A DNA stretch of 55,045 nucleotides from Candidatus Margulisiibacteriota bacterium (GCA_016779165.1 JADHOE010000004.1:1-55045), one strand, 5' to 3'. Numbered from the stretch's first letter, positions 30,441-40,916 are shown. Program-made: numbers and translations. The notes: generated by a model not told the origin, from the sequence alone.

Positions 30441-31475
30441 CTATTGCGGAAAAATGGTAATGACCACAACTTCGTTACGGGATCCAATGCGCAAATTTGG
30501 CCCCCAGCACCCAGCGCCAGAACTGACATATGCAAAAGATGAACCAATTTGGTGCAAGCCATAAATGATTGAAAACTGAAGTTTTACAAGCCAATTGAAT
30601 GGAAATAATTGACCATTATGCGTATGCCCAGAAAGCATAAGATCCACATGATCAGCTGCCTGTGGCCAAAGCCATGGTTTATGAATCAAAAGGACGCGAT
30701 AATTGTCGGATCCTTTAAATTCATGCAAGCATTTTAATTGCTCATCTTGGGTTTGATTATCACCAATCCCTAAAATTTCTACATCATTTAAAATAGTTGA
30801 TTTTTGGTCAATGATGGTTATGCCATAGGCCTTTAGATTGGCTAGTATTTTCTGGCAATTCTTTAGGTAATATTCATGATTGCCTGTTACAAAATAAATA
30901 GGACATGCAATGGATTTAAAAAGGTCAAGGTCACGTCTATTAAACGAAGTACTATCAATGAGATCCCCCCCAATTAGCAAGGCATCAATGGGTTGAGATG
31001 TCGCGTGCGAAAGCACCTTGGTTAAATGGTTGGATGATCGAGACCCCAAATGGACATCGCTAACAAATGCAACTACGCGTTGGTGCGTCACTTTTTTTGA
31101 CGGTATCTTCACTTCTTTTAAATGAATATGGCGTGCATTTAAAGCGCCAATAAGGGTGACAAACCCAACAAATATTGGCATGCCTACGGCCAAATTAAGA
31201 TGAAACACCAATTGCAACACAGCACCAACCAATGAATAGATGAGACCATAAAAACCTGCGCCAAGTCCAATATAAACAAATGCTTTTAATGGGTAAAAAG
31301 AAACTGAAGTCGAAAAATAGAATAAAATAATCCCATAAACGCATAAAGCATACGCGATACAAAATTCAGCTGATGGAACACTATTGTATCCCAGCAAAAA
31401 GTAATAAACTGGGACACAATAAATAAAAAATGTGATAAGTAAACTAACGGTAAGAAAAAAAAAATAACGAATCAA
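30441..31475 (-). CDS. Membrane-anchored metallophosphoesterase (YkuE/YaeI-like)
   Basis: N-terminal TM helices; SDVHLG, GGDLID, GNHE, SGHTHNGQ, SSGAG-WGP-R. Confidence 0.9.
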   Translation of the reverse strand: MIRYFFFLTVSLLITFFIYCVPVYYFLLGYNSVPSAEFCIAYALCVYGIILFYFSTSVSFYPLKAFVYIGLGAGFYGLIYSLVGAVLQLVFHLNLAVGMPIFVGFVTLIGALNARHIHLKEVKIPSKKVTHQRVVAFVSDVHLGSRSSNHLTKVLSHATSQPIDALLIGGDLIDSTSFNRRDLDLFKSIACPIYFVTGNHEYYLKNCQKILANLKAYGITIIDQKSTILNDVEILGIGDNQTQDEQLKCLHEFKGSDNYRVLLIHKPWLWPQAADHVDLMLSGHTHNGQLFPFNWLVKLQFSIIYGLHQIGSSFAYVSSGAGCWGPNLRIGSRNEVVVITIFPQ

Positions 31476-31479
31476 TTAT

Positions 31480-32835
31480 CTATTGAATGCCATAACTTAG
31501 CATGGCATCCGCAACCTTTACAAAACCAGCAATATTCGCCCCATCAACATAGTTGGGTGTGCCATTTGCATCTGTTGAAAATTGCAAACATTGTGAATGA
31601 ATTTGTTTCATAATATTTTGAAGGCGGGTTTCGAGATCATTTCTATCCCAAGAAATTCGCATGCTATTTTGTGTCATTTCCAAGCCAGAAACAGCCACCC
31701 CACCAGCGTTAGCGGCCTTCGCTGGCCCAAATAACACGCCATTTTCAATTAAAAACTTAACTGCATCAGGTTCGGTTGGCATGTTTGCTCCTTCACCCAA
31801 TGCCTGACAGCCATTTGCTACCAGTGCTTTTGCGTCATCTAAAGAAAGCTCATTCTGAGTTGCAGATGGAAACGCCACATCGCATTCAATGTTCCATGGG
31901 CGTTTACCTTCTAAAAACTCGCAGCCAAATTTGTCCGCATATTCTTTTATTCGCCCACGACGCTCATTTTTTAAGGCTTTTACAAACTCTAGTTTTTCCT
32001 GAGTGACACCACTTGGGTCGTAAACCGTTCCAGAAGAGTCTGAAAACGATACCACTGTACCACCCAATTGGATAACTTTTTCAGCAGTGTATTGGGCAAC
32101 ATTTCCAGAACCTGATACCACACATCGCTTTCCTTCAATAGACTGCTCATTATTTTTAAGCATTTCTTCCACAAAAAAGACACACCCGTATCCTGTTGCT
32201 TCTTTGCGAATTAAACTGCCACCATATTCAAGGGATTTTCCAGTTAAAACGCCGGTGAAGCGATTGGTTAACCGCTTATGTTGGCCAAACAAATAGCCAA
32301 TTTCACGTGCGCCAACACCAATGTCACCAGCTGGGACATCGGTATCCTTTCCAATGTGTCGAATAAGTTCGGTCATAAACGCCTGGCAAAATCGCATCAC
32401 TTCGCGATCAGATTTTCCTTTAGGGTCAAAATCCGAGCCACCCTTTGCGGCACCCATTGGTAAGGTGGTTAAACTATTTTTAAACACTTGCTCAAATCCC
32501 AAGAACTTAAATGTATCCAATGTTACCGATGGGTGAAAACGTAGGCCGCCTTTGTAAGGACCGATGGCATTGCTAAATTGAACTCTAAACCCTCGATTAA
32601 TCTGAGTATTACCATTATCATCCTCCCAGCAAACACGAAAAATAATGATTCGATCGGGTTCTATCATCCGTTCAAGGATTTTTGCATCTTTGTATCTTGG
32701 GTGATTTACAATGTATGGATAAACAGACTCAACAACTTCATGCACCGCTTGATGAAAATCTTTTTCAGCCGGATTCTTTGCTTTTACATTGTCCATGAAA
32801 TCTTGAATGTAGCTATTTGTTTGAATGGTTGGCAT
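31480..32835 (-). CDS. gdhA: NADP-specific glutamate dehydrogenase
   Basis: GPYKGGLRFHP, KGGSDFDPK, DVPAGDIGVG, SGSGNVAQY, KAANAGGVAVSGLEM. GGAG before ATG 32835. Confidence 0.96.
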   Translation of the reverse strand: MPTIQTNSYIQDFMDNVKAKNPAEKDFHQAVHEVVESVYPYIVNHPRYKDAKILERMIEPDRIIIFRVCWEDDNGNTQINRGFRVQFSNAIGPYKGGLRFHPSVTLDTFKFLGFEQVFKNSLTTLPMGAAKGGSDFDPKGKSDREVMRFCQAFMTELIRHIGKDTDVPAGDIGVGAREIGYLFGQHKRLTNRFTGVLTGKSLEYGGSLIRKEATGYGCVFFVEEMLKNNEQSIEGKRCVVSGSGNVAQYTAEKVIQLGGTVVSFSDSSGTVYDPSGVTQEKLEFVKALKNERRGRIKEYADKFGCEFLEGKRPWNIECDVAFPSATQNELSLDDAKALVANGCQALGEGANMPTEPDAVKFLIENGVLFGPAKAANAGGVAVSGLEMTQNSMRISWDRNDLETRLQNIMKQIHSQCLQFSTDANGTPNYVDGANIAGFVKVADAMLSYGIQ

Positions 32836-32979
32836 CGATGACTCCAATATAAATTAAAATTTTAAAAGTATTATCACATCAAAATCGATTTTTTCAAATA
32901 GTTAAGCAGCATTTTTTTTTGGTTAAAAATATCGGGGGGTCTATCTAAAGATTTGTGCGTTAAAATCGATAAAAAAACC

Positions 32980-33987
32980 ATGAAAAAACAAATGTATTAT
33001 GCCATTGGTTTTTTGATATTAACTCTTATTATTGCAACCATTGGCTACAAAGTTTTAATTGGCGAAGATGCCACTTATTTTGATTGTTTTTATATGACCA
33101 TTATTACGCTATCAACAGTGGGGTATGGTGAAACTGTTGACTTAACAGGAAATACACCAGCCCGAGTGTTTACAATTGTTCTGATTTTGGTTGGGATGAG
33201 CAATTTAATTTTTGTTCTTACAGCCATAACCTCATCATTAATTGATGGCCAGCTGAATCGTTATTTAAGGAGGAAGAAAATGAAAAAAATTATCAGCCAT
33301 TTAAACGACCATTTAATTGTATGTGGGGCAGGAAACACTGGGCATCATATTATTCAGGAACTTTACAATACAAAAAAGTCATTTGTTGTGATAGAGGAAA
33401 ACAAGGATGTGTTTGAAGATTTGCAAAACCGATACCTGGATATTATTTGCATTCACGGTGATGCAACAAAAGATGAAGTATTGGAAGAGGCCGGTGTGGA
33501 ACATGCCAAAGCCATAGCTGCAGTGTTGCCTTACGATAAAGATAATTTGTTTTTGACAATAACCGCTAAACAATTAAATCCAAATGTTCGCATTATTTCA
33601 AAAATAATGAACTTGGAAAATAAACGTAAACTAATTCGAGCAGGGGCAAGCTCGATTGTTCCCCCACAATTTATTGGCGCATTGCGCCTGGTATCCGAAA
33701 TGGTTCGGCCAAAGGTTGTTGGCTTTTTAGATAACATGTTACGCGACAAGAAAAATTTACGAATTGAGGAAATAAAAATACCAAAAAATTCGTGGACCAT
33801 TGGGAAAACCTTGCAGCAATTGGACTTAAGGGCCAAAGTCGGTTTGCAAGTTTTGGCATTCCAAGACCCAGTTTCTCAAGCCTATAACTATGCCCCAAAA
33901 AGTGATGACACGATTCATGAAGATATGGTGTTAATAACCTTGGGGGAACCCGATCAAATTGCACAGCTAGAAAAATTTATAGGGTAG
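32980..33987 (+). CDS. Two-TM potassium channel with RCK_N and RCK_C domains (MthK/Kch-like)
   Basis: Selectivity filter TVGYG, HLIVCGAGNTG, GDAT, C-terminal TrkA-C-like segment. Confidence 0.92.
   Translation: MKKQMYYAIGFLILTLIIATIGYKVLIGEDATYFDCFYMTIITLSTVGYGETVDLTGNTPARVFTIVLILVGMSNLIFVLTAITSSLIDGQLNRYLRRKKMKKIISHLNDHLIVCGAGNTGHHIIQELYNTKKSFVVIEENKDVFEDLQNRYLDIICIHGDATKDEVLEEAGVEHAKAIAAVLPYDKDNLFLTITAKQLNPNVRIISKIMNLENKRKLIRAGASSIVPPQFIGALRLVSEMVRPKVVGFLDNMLRDKKNLRIEEIKIPKNSWTIGKTLQQLDLRAKVGLQVLAFQDPVSQAYNYAPKSDDTIHEDMVLITLGEPDQIAQLEKFIG
33266..33282 (+). promoter_or_regulatory. Internal ribosome binding site and in-frame ATG (soluble RCK isoform)
   Basis: TAAGGAGG (33266-33273), 6 nt, ATG 33280, in frame between TM2 and the RCK domain. 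Confidence 0.7.
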
Positions 33988-34025
33988 AGCTTGCCATATT
34001 TGATTGACGCGATACACTATAATGT

Positions 34026-35186
34026 GTGAATCAAAAAAAGGCGTCCATTGCTGTATTTTTTATTGTAGCTACTGAACTGATTGGGTTCGGTTTAATCATC
34101 CCTGTTTTGCCTCAAATTAGTGCCTCCTTTGCGACATCGGGTGTTTGGTTGGGAGTACTTCTTTCAGCTTACTCATTTGCACAATTTTTTTCAGCACCAA
34201 TTTTGGGCCAACTGTCGGATCGATATGGGCGAAAGCCATTATTAATTTTAAGTAAGATTGGAACCATCGCATCTTACCTTATCTTGGCGCAAGCAAATTC
34301 GTATGCTCTTTTATTAATATCTCGGCTTATTGATGGATTTACGGGCGGAAACATTGCCGTTGCACGTGCTTTTTTAAGTGACATTACAGCACCAGAAAAA
34401 CGATCCAGAGCCATGGCCATTATTGGGGTGGCCTTCGGCACGGGCTTTATATTTGGTCCTGCCATTGGGGCCTATTGTTACCAATGGTCCAATAACTTCA
34501 GTATGGCAGGTTATATAGGGGCATTGCTTTCGTTGGGATCTCTTTTCTTAACGCTTTTTTTAATTCGTGAACCAAACGCAAAAAATGAAACCCGCCATGT
34601 GGGCATTAGTAGAAATGTGTTTAAATTACCAATGCCTGTACGCTATTTGCTGCTTATTTCGTTTGTTTCCATGTGCTTGTTTTCTGGATTTGAATCTAGT
34701 TTTTCAGTATTTACCGAAAATAAATTTCAATTTAATGAAAGTCAAAACAGCATGTTATTTTTGGTTATTGGAATTTGCGCATTTTTAGTTCAAGGATCAT
34801 TTACAAAAATCGCCATTAAGCCGATACAAAAAGCCATTCGCTTGGCGTTGTTTTGCATTGGATTGGGGCTGCTTTTAACCAATATTATTCAAGGGGTTAT
34901 TCTTTCTTTGACAGTTTTAGTATTTTTAATTTTTGGAGTAGCCATTTTAAACACCCATATTCCGGCTGAACTATCTGCCATTAGTAACGACAAAGGGTAC
35001 ATGATGGGACTCTATGAGTCGTCCTCAAGTTTGGCCCGGATTATTGGCCCACTGATCATTTTTTCGACGTTATTTAACCATATTAATACTATTTATTTGA
35101 ACTTATCCATCATTGCATTTGGTTGTTTACTTTTTAGCATTTTTTTTGCGAAACAATTGTTTAAAATCGATTCAACAGTTAATTGA
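34026..35186 (+). CDS. MFS transporter, DHA1/TetA-like
   Basis: IGFGLIIPVLP, motif A GQLSDRYGRKP, SRLIDGFTGGN, GFIFGPAIG. Confidence 0.9.
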   Translation: MNQKKASIAVFFIVATELIGFGLIIPVLPQISASFATSGVWLGVLLSAYSFAQFFSAPILGQLSDRYGRKPLLILSKIGTIASYLILAQANSYALLLISRLIDGFTGGNIAVARAFLSDITAPEKRSRAMAIIGVAFGTGFIFGPAIGAYCYQWSNNFSMAGYIGALLSLGSLFLTLFLIREPNAKNETRHVGISRNVFKLPMPVRYLLLISFVSMCLFSGFESSFSVFTENKFQFNESQNSMLFLVIGICAFLVQGSFTKIAIKPIQKAIRLALFCIGLGLLLTNIIQGVILSLTVLVFLIFGVAILNTHIPAELSAISNDKGYMMGLYESSSSLARIIGPLIIFSTLFNHINTIYLNLSIIAFGCLLFSIFFAKQLFKIDSTVN

Positions 35187-35197
35187 AAGGACTCAAA

Positions 35198-37999
35198 ATG
35201 AAATTTAAAAACAGGCATATAGGAAACTCAAACACTGATACAACGGCCATGCTTGGGGCCATTGGCTATTCAAATTTGGATCAACTTTGCGAGGACGCAT
35301 TACCCAAAAACATATCGTATCAATTGCCACCATTTCCTGACATGAGTGAAACAGAGTACGATGATTTTTTAAATGCACTTGGTAAAAAAAATAGGCCCAA
35401 TGTATCGTTAATAGGACAGGGATTTTACCCCAATCATTGCCCAGCAGTCATTCGTAGAAATATTTTAGAAAACCCAAGTTGGTATACTCAATATACGCCA
35501 TATCAAGCTGAAATTTCTCAGGGAAGACTGGAAGCCTTATTCAACTTTCAAACCATTGTTGCTGAACTTACCAAACTGCCAGTTGCAAATGCGTCTTTAT
35601 TGGATGAGGGAAATGCGTGCTCAGAAGCCATATTTATGGCATACCAAGCCAATGATTCTACTGGATCCACCTGCTTTATCGATGAGGGTATATCTGACAA
35701 TAATCTACGTGTGATTCAAACTCGATTCAAATACTTAAATGTTGAAATAGAAGTTGGGAAAATGGCAACCTTTACACCATCAGAAAAGTATTTTTCGGTG
35801 GTGGTTCCTCAGTTTTCTTGGGATGGAAAAGCAAACAACCCAGATGAGTTATTTTTAAACGCAAAGCAGCATAACATAACCTGCATTATGACAACCGATC
35901 TGTTGGCACTAACACTTTTTACCCCACCAGGTGAATTGCATGCCGACATTGCTGTTGGATCGGCACAACGGTTGGGAACTGCGATGGGCAATGGAGGGCC
36001 CTCTGCAGGTTTTATTGCATGCGACACTGGCTTCACTCGATTAATGCCAGGCCGCATTATTGGACTGTCCATTGATAAGTATGGAAATCAAGGGTATAGA
36101 ATGGCATTGCAAACACGTGAACAACATATTCGAAGAGAGCGGGCAACATCCAATATATGCACGGCCCAATCCTTGTTGGCGATTATCAATAGTTTTTACG
36201 TGGTCTATCATGGGCCACATCATTTAAAGCAAATGGCAACCACCATTCATCATAAAGCGTCTTATTTGGCGAATGCCTTTAAAAACTGTGGGTTTAAGGT
36301 TAGTCATGATCATTTTTTTGATACCGTAACAGTTCAGGTTCCACATGCGACTGAGTGCACTAAAAAAGCCCTTGCTAAAGGCATTGAGTGGTTCCAAAAA
36401 GAAGGCACCATAACCATTGCCTTAAACGAATGTGTGACATCAGAAGACATGATGACTATTTTGGATGCATGTGGCTGTCATAGCACGGACTCAATTCAAG
36501 CCATCTCAATTCCAAGAGCACTCAGACGCCATTCAACATATTTAAACCAAGCGGTATTTAACAAGTACCACTCTGAAACATCGCTTTTACGCTATATTAA
36601 ATCGTTGGAGCACAAAGACATGTCATTAACTCATGCAATGATTCCTCTTGGGTCTTGCACCATGAAGTTAAATGCGACAACCCAGCTTCAGTGTTTGTCG
36701 AACCCAAATTTTACACAAATTCACCCACAGAGCAATGACACATTTAAGGAAGGGTATCGATTCGCATTAAATGAATTATCAGATCATCTATCGAAAATAA
36801 CTGGCTTTGATGACACGTCTTTACAGCCAAACTCTGGTGCTCAAGGTGAATTTTTAGGGTTATTATGCATTCGAGATTATTTTGCCAGTATTGGTGAGGG
36901 GCACCGAAACATTGCGTTTGTACCAACATCCGCACATGGAACAAACCCCGCCAGCGCATCACTTTGTGGGTTAACCATTGTTTCCATTAAAACTACTGCA
37001 ACTGGTGATATCTGCATGGATGACCTAACAGAAAAGATAAAGATGTTTGGCGAATCGTTGGCTGTATTAATGATCACATACCCATCCACGTTTGGGGTGT
37101 TTGAATCATCAATTGAAGACGTTTGTGATGCCATTCATGCCGTTGGTGCGCAAGTGTACATGGACGGTGCGAATATGAATGCACAGGTTGGGTTAACCTC
37201 GCCGGCTAGCATTGGTGCAGATGTCTGCCACTTGAACTTGCACAAAACATTTTGTATTCCTCATGGCGGCGGCGGACCAGGTGTTGGCCCGGTATGTGTG
37301 AAAAGCCATTTGGCGCCATTTTTACCCAAACATTCTGACAATGCCATTGCCAATGCCCCAGATGGAAGCGCAAGCATATGCCTAATATCGTATGCTTACA
37401 TAAAATTAATGGGATCTGAAGGATTAAAAATAGCAACTCAACAGGCCATTTTAAACGCCAACTATATTGCCAATAAATTAGCACCCCACTATGAAATCTT
37501 ATACGCAAACAAGAACGGCTGTGTGGCCCATGAATTAATTATCAATTGCAAGCCATTCAAGAAAACAGCAAAAGTAACAGTTGAAGACATCGCCAAACGA
37601 TTAATGGATTATGGGTTCCATGCACCAACCATGTCATGGCCTGTGCCAGACACATTGATGATAGAGCCTACAGAAAGTGAAAACAAGCAAGAAATTGATC
37701 GGTTTTGCAGTGCTTTGATTCAAATAAAAATAGAAATTGATGCAATTGCATCAGGAACTTATGATGCACAGAATAATCCTTTAAAAAATGCGCCTCATAC
37801 TGCATTTGATATATTTAGCGACTGGAGCTTCCCCTACCCCCAATCCCTTGGCCTATTTCCAGCAGGTCAAAGCAACGGAAAGTTTTGGCCCTCCGTCAAC
37901 CGAATTAATAATGCCCATGGCGATAGAAATCTGATTTGTTCTTGCCAAAACATTGTGACTCAATCTAATCTTGAGCTATATGAATCAAAAAATGCATGA
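35198..37999 (+). CDS. gcvP: Glycine dehydrogenase (decarboxylating), single chain
   Basis: YTPYQAEISQGRLE, TREQHIRRERATSNICTAQ, PLGSCTMKLN, HLNLHKTFCIPHGGGGPG, GDRNLICSC. Confidence 0.97.
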   Translation: MKFKNRHIGNSNTDTTAMLGAIGYSNLDQLCEDALPKNISYQLPPFPDMSETEYDDFLNALGKKNRPNVSLIGQGFYPNHCPAVIRRNILENPSWYTQYTPYQAEISQGRLEALFNFQTIVAELTKLPVANASLLDEGNACSEAIFMAYQANDSTGSTCFIDEGISDNNLRVIQTRFKYLNVEIEVGKMATFTPSEKYFSVVVPQFSWDGKANNPDELFLNAKQHNITCIMTTDLLALTLFTPPGELHADIAVGSAQRLGTAMGNGGPSAGFIACDTGFTRLMPGRIIGLSIDKYGNQGYRMALQTREQHIRRERATSNICTAQSLLAIINSFYVVYHGPHHLKQMATTIHHKASYLANAFKNCGFKVSHDHFFDTVTVQVPHATECTKKALAKGIEWFQKEGTITIALNECVTSEDMMTILDACGCHSTDSIQAISIPRALRRHSTYLNQAVFNKYHSETSLLRYIKSLEHKDMSLTHAMIPLGSCTMKLNATTQLQCLSNPNFTQIHPQSNDTFKEGYRFALNELSDHLSKITGFDDTSLQPNSGAQGEFLGLLCIRDYFASIGEGHRNIAFVPTSAHGTNPASASLCGLTIVSIKTTATGDICMDDLTEKIKMFGESLAVLMITYPSTFGVFESSIEDVCDAIHAVGAQVYMDGANMNAQVGLTSPASIGADVCHLNLHKTFCIPHGGGGPGVGPVCVKSHLAPFLPKHSDNAIANAPDGSASICLISYAYIKLMGSEGLKIATQQAILNANYIANKLAPHYEILYANKNGCVAHELIINCKPFKKTAKVTVEDIAKRLMDYGFHAPTMSWPVPDTLMIEPTESENKQEIDRFCSALIQIKIEIDAIASGTYDAQNNPLKNAPHTAFDIFSDWSFPYPQSLGLFPAGQSNGKFWPSVNRINNAHGDRNLICSCQNIVTQSNLELYESKNA

Positions 38000-38225
38000 C
38001 CAAGACGAAATAAAATCGACAACCAAAACCAACTGCAAGCATTGCAATGAACCCATAAATTTAAAACGACAAAAACGTTTACCTAAAAAATTAATAACCG
38101 AACGCCATGGCTTGTATTGGACCGGTTTAGAAAAGGTGTTTTTATTAATTTTTAAGATCCAATGCCCAAAATGCCAAAAAAAATTCAGTTATAAGGTTTT
38201 TCAATCCAATTACACCTATAACTAG
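37992..38225 (+). CDS. Small putative zinc-ribbon protein
   Basis: CKHC and CPKC motifs. ATG 37992 overlaps the end of gcvP. Confidence 0.55.
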   Translation: MHDQDEIKSTTKTNCKHCNEPINLKRQKRLPKKLITERHGLYWTGLEKVFLLIFKIQCPKCQKKFSYKVFQSNYTYN

Positions 38226-38265
38226 CCATTGCTAATTAACATTCTATTTGATATTTTCAAGGGGT

Positions 38266-39579
38266 ATGTTTTCCCCAAAACTATTAATAATCGACGACGA
38301 CGAAACCATATTATTTTCGTTTAAAAGTTTCTTGAATGAACATAAGTTTAGCCTTGAGTTTTCTAAAAATGGAAAAGATGGGCTGGAAAAATTATCATCG
38401 TTTCAACCAAACTTGGTTATCGCCGACTATAAAATGCCTGAAATGACTGGCCTTGAATTTATCAAGGCATCCAAAATTTTACATCCCAACACACCAGTTA
38501 TTATAATGAGCGCATTTGGCGACTCTAATACCAAGCGAGTTTTCTTAGATGAAGGTGCATTTGAGTACATAGAAAAGCCATTTGATATTGAATCGGTGTT
38601 GAATTCAATTTCATTAGCACTTGAGTCTTCGCCATTATTCATGGCGAATGAACCAACCCAATACATTGGTGAATCCACCATTATCAAATCCGTTTTCGAT
38701 CAAATTGATAAAGCTAAAAATACCACCATTACCATGTTAATTGAAGGTGAAAGTGGTACAGGAAAAGACTTAATCGCAAATTATATCCATAATAATAGCC
38801 CTGTAGCCAATGGCCCTTTTATTAGCATTAATTGTGCTGCTATACCGGAAAGTCTTATTGAGTCTGAGTTATTTGGGTATGAAAAAGGAGCCTTTACGGG
38901 TGCCGATGAGCAAAAGATTGGAAAGTTTGAACACGCAAAAAATGGCACTATATTTTTGGATGAAATTGGAGAATTGCCACTATCCATTCAAGCAAAGTTG
39001 CTTCGAATTCTTCAAAATAAAACCATTGAACGAATTGGAGGAGCAAACTCAATTGCGTCAAATGCTCGAATCATAGCCGCAACCAACAAAAACCTGAGGC
39101 AAATGGTTGCAGACAAAGACTTTCGAGAGGATTTGTATTACCGACTGACATCGTTTCCACTGCATATTCCGGCATTAAGAAATAGAGAAAATGATATTAC
39201 ACTCATTGCTGACTATTTGCTTCAGCGTTTTTGCACAGAATTTAATAAGAAAAAGAAGTCATTTTCAGACACGGGGCTTAAAGCTCTAAAAAAATATCAT
39301 TGGCCTGGAAACATTAGAGAGCTTCAAAACATTATATCTCGAATTGTTTTACTTGAATCAAGCAATATTATCCACGCAGAGCATATTTTACCATATTTCC
39401 CAAAAACTGAATCCATTGAGACTGAAAATGATATTTCATTTATTACTCAATACACTGAGAAAGAGTTACTTAAACTTCACGCACAAGAAACATTTAAACT
39501 TTGCCATTACAATAAGTCTGATGCAGCAAAGCGCCTTGGGATAAATTACCGAACATTAATTAAACGACTAGAAAGCTAA
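38266..39579 (+). CDS. Sigma-54-dependent response regulator (NtrC family)
   Basis: Receiver IIDDD / DYKMP, GESGTGK, INCAAIP, GAFTGA, FLDEIGE, WPGNIREL, Fis-type HTH. Confidence 0.95.
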   Translation: MFSPKLLIIDDDETILFSFKSFLNEHKFSLEFSKNGKDGLEKLSSFQPNLVIADYKMPEMTGLEFIKASKILHPNTPVIIMSAFGDSNTKRVFLDEGAFEYIEKPFDIESVLNSISLALESSPLFMANEPTQYIGESTIIKSVFDQIDKAKNTTITMLIEGESGTGKDLIANYIHNNSPVANGPFISINCAAIPESLIESELFGYEKGAFTGADEQKIGKFEHAKNGTIFLDEIGELPLSIQAKLLRILQNKTIERIGGANSIASNARIIAATNKNLRQMVADKDFREDLYYRLTSFPLHIPALRNRENDITLIADYLLQRFCTEFNKKKKSFSDTGLKALKKYHWPGNIRELQNIISRIVLLESSNIIHAEHILPYFPKTESIETENDISFITQYTEKELLKLHAQETFKLCHYNKSDAAKRLGINYRTLIKRLES

Positions 39580-40916
39580 GGTTGTTGGCATATTTTTGGC
39601 CCATTTTCATCCTTACAGTCATAATCTTTGTATGTTTCTGCACCCGAGAAAACAATCCCATCAAAACCGGAATTAACCACATTATCAATCAACTGCTTCA
39701 TATTTGACTTCCAATCCTTTCGCCAATACTTAACATAATGGTCTTTGTCATGCCCCTCAATTCTAGAGTTATCAGCAATTGTTTTGCTTACCCCAATATC
39801 CACCCAGTCTGGTTCGAGTTCAGGGTTACTGTTCCAATCCATATTCCAAAATGGTCCGTTTTCCCAAACTTTTGATACATCAATCATGGCATACACCAAA
39901 CGGTTTATTCCATTAGATTTTTCTTTTAACGACGTAATTTTTTGCAATGACCATGGCGATAGTTCACTTGTATAGCTGTTTTTAGACACTGGTAAAACGA
40001 TAAGATCATAGCTGGAACCTTGAATTGTTAAAATTTCAGGTTCATCAAGGGCGTAAGATCCATCATATAAGGCAAAGTTCTGTACCTCGCTAATGACGTT
40101 TACTGACAATTCAGGGTCATTATTTGGTATATTATTCAGTACTTCGACATCAAATAATTTAGACTCCTCCACTGGATCAATGAAATGTACAACACCATCA
40201 ACCGGAGATACCTCATTTATAAGAGGGCTGGTCAGAGTTAAATAATCAATGGCAAATATTTTTTTCTCACTTTTTAATTCATCCAACATCCAATCATTTG
40301 CATTTTTTATGTTGTCCATTTGAGCGTGTTGATTTTTAGAAAATTGATACTCAAATAAAAAAACAGCATCAATTTCATTCATTAACTCTCCCTTTAGCGC
40401 TTTCTCACCGTTATCAAATTGGTCATAGAAAACATCTAAATGGGTTGTTCCAACGGCAAACTCAAGTGCGTTTGATTTTGATTTTGCATATTCAATTAAC
40501 TCTAGCAATAATTGATGCATGCCATCTTGGTAATTTAATGTTTTGATTTTAACACTAATGCCTGGCTTGTTTACATTCTCCTCATCAAATCTCGTATAAA
40601 AAAAAGTATAGTAATAGTTTTTATCTACCATCAGGTTAGACTCATCTAAGAATGAATGTTGACCAGGATGAAATCCACCAAAATGGTTCTTGCCATCATA
40701 TAAACTTCTAGGTAACTCTATTTCGGATCGAATAATATTCACCATATTTACTTCACTAGAAAACTTAAATGATAAACGTGCGTAATCGACACTGGTATAT
40801 TGCTGAGTCAGTGTAACGGCGGGAACATTAGATACCGCCTTAGTCGGTGGCTCCAGGTATTTTTTTGAACAAGATACCATTAAAAAAATGGGAAGTATTA
40901 ATAATAGTTTGAACAT
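39576..40916 (-). CDS. Lipoprotein with a GH114/TM1410-like TIM-barrel domain
   Basis: Lipobox LMVS-C. YDLIVL, LKEKSNG-RLV, VKYW-DW, GFDGI; YAKS and IDY segments lie in the N-terminal half. Confidence 0.65.
   Translation of the reverse strand: MFKLLLILPIFLMVSCSKKYLEPPTKAVSNVPAVTLTQQYTSVDYARLSFKFSSEVNMVNIIRSEIELPRSLYDGKNHFGGFHPGQHSFLDESNLMVDKNYYYTFFYTRFDEENVNKPGISVKIKTLNYQDGMHQLLLELIEYAKSKSNALEFAVGTTHLDVFYDQFDNGEKALKGELMNEIDAVFLFEYQFSKNQHAQMDNIKNANDWMLDELKSEKKIFAIDYLTLTSPLINEVSPVDGVVHFIDPVEESKLFDVEVLNNIPNNDPELSVNVISEVQNFALYDGSYALDEPEILTIQGSSYDLIVLPVSKNSYTSELSPWSLQKITSLKEKSNGINRLVYAMIDVSKVWENGPFWNMDWNSNPELEPDWVDIGVSKTIADNSRIEGHDKDHYVKYWRKDWKSNMKQLIDNVVNSGFDGIVFSGAETYKDYDCKDENGPKICQQP

Noticed and set aside
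34026-35186. MFS gene as a tetracycline resistance determinant
   Set aside because: Only family-level motifs, no tetR and no mobile context.
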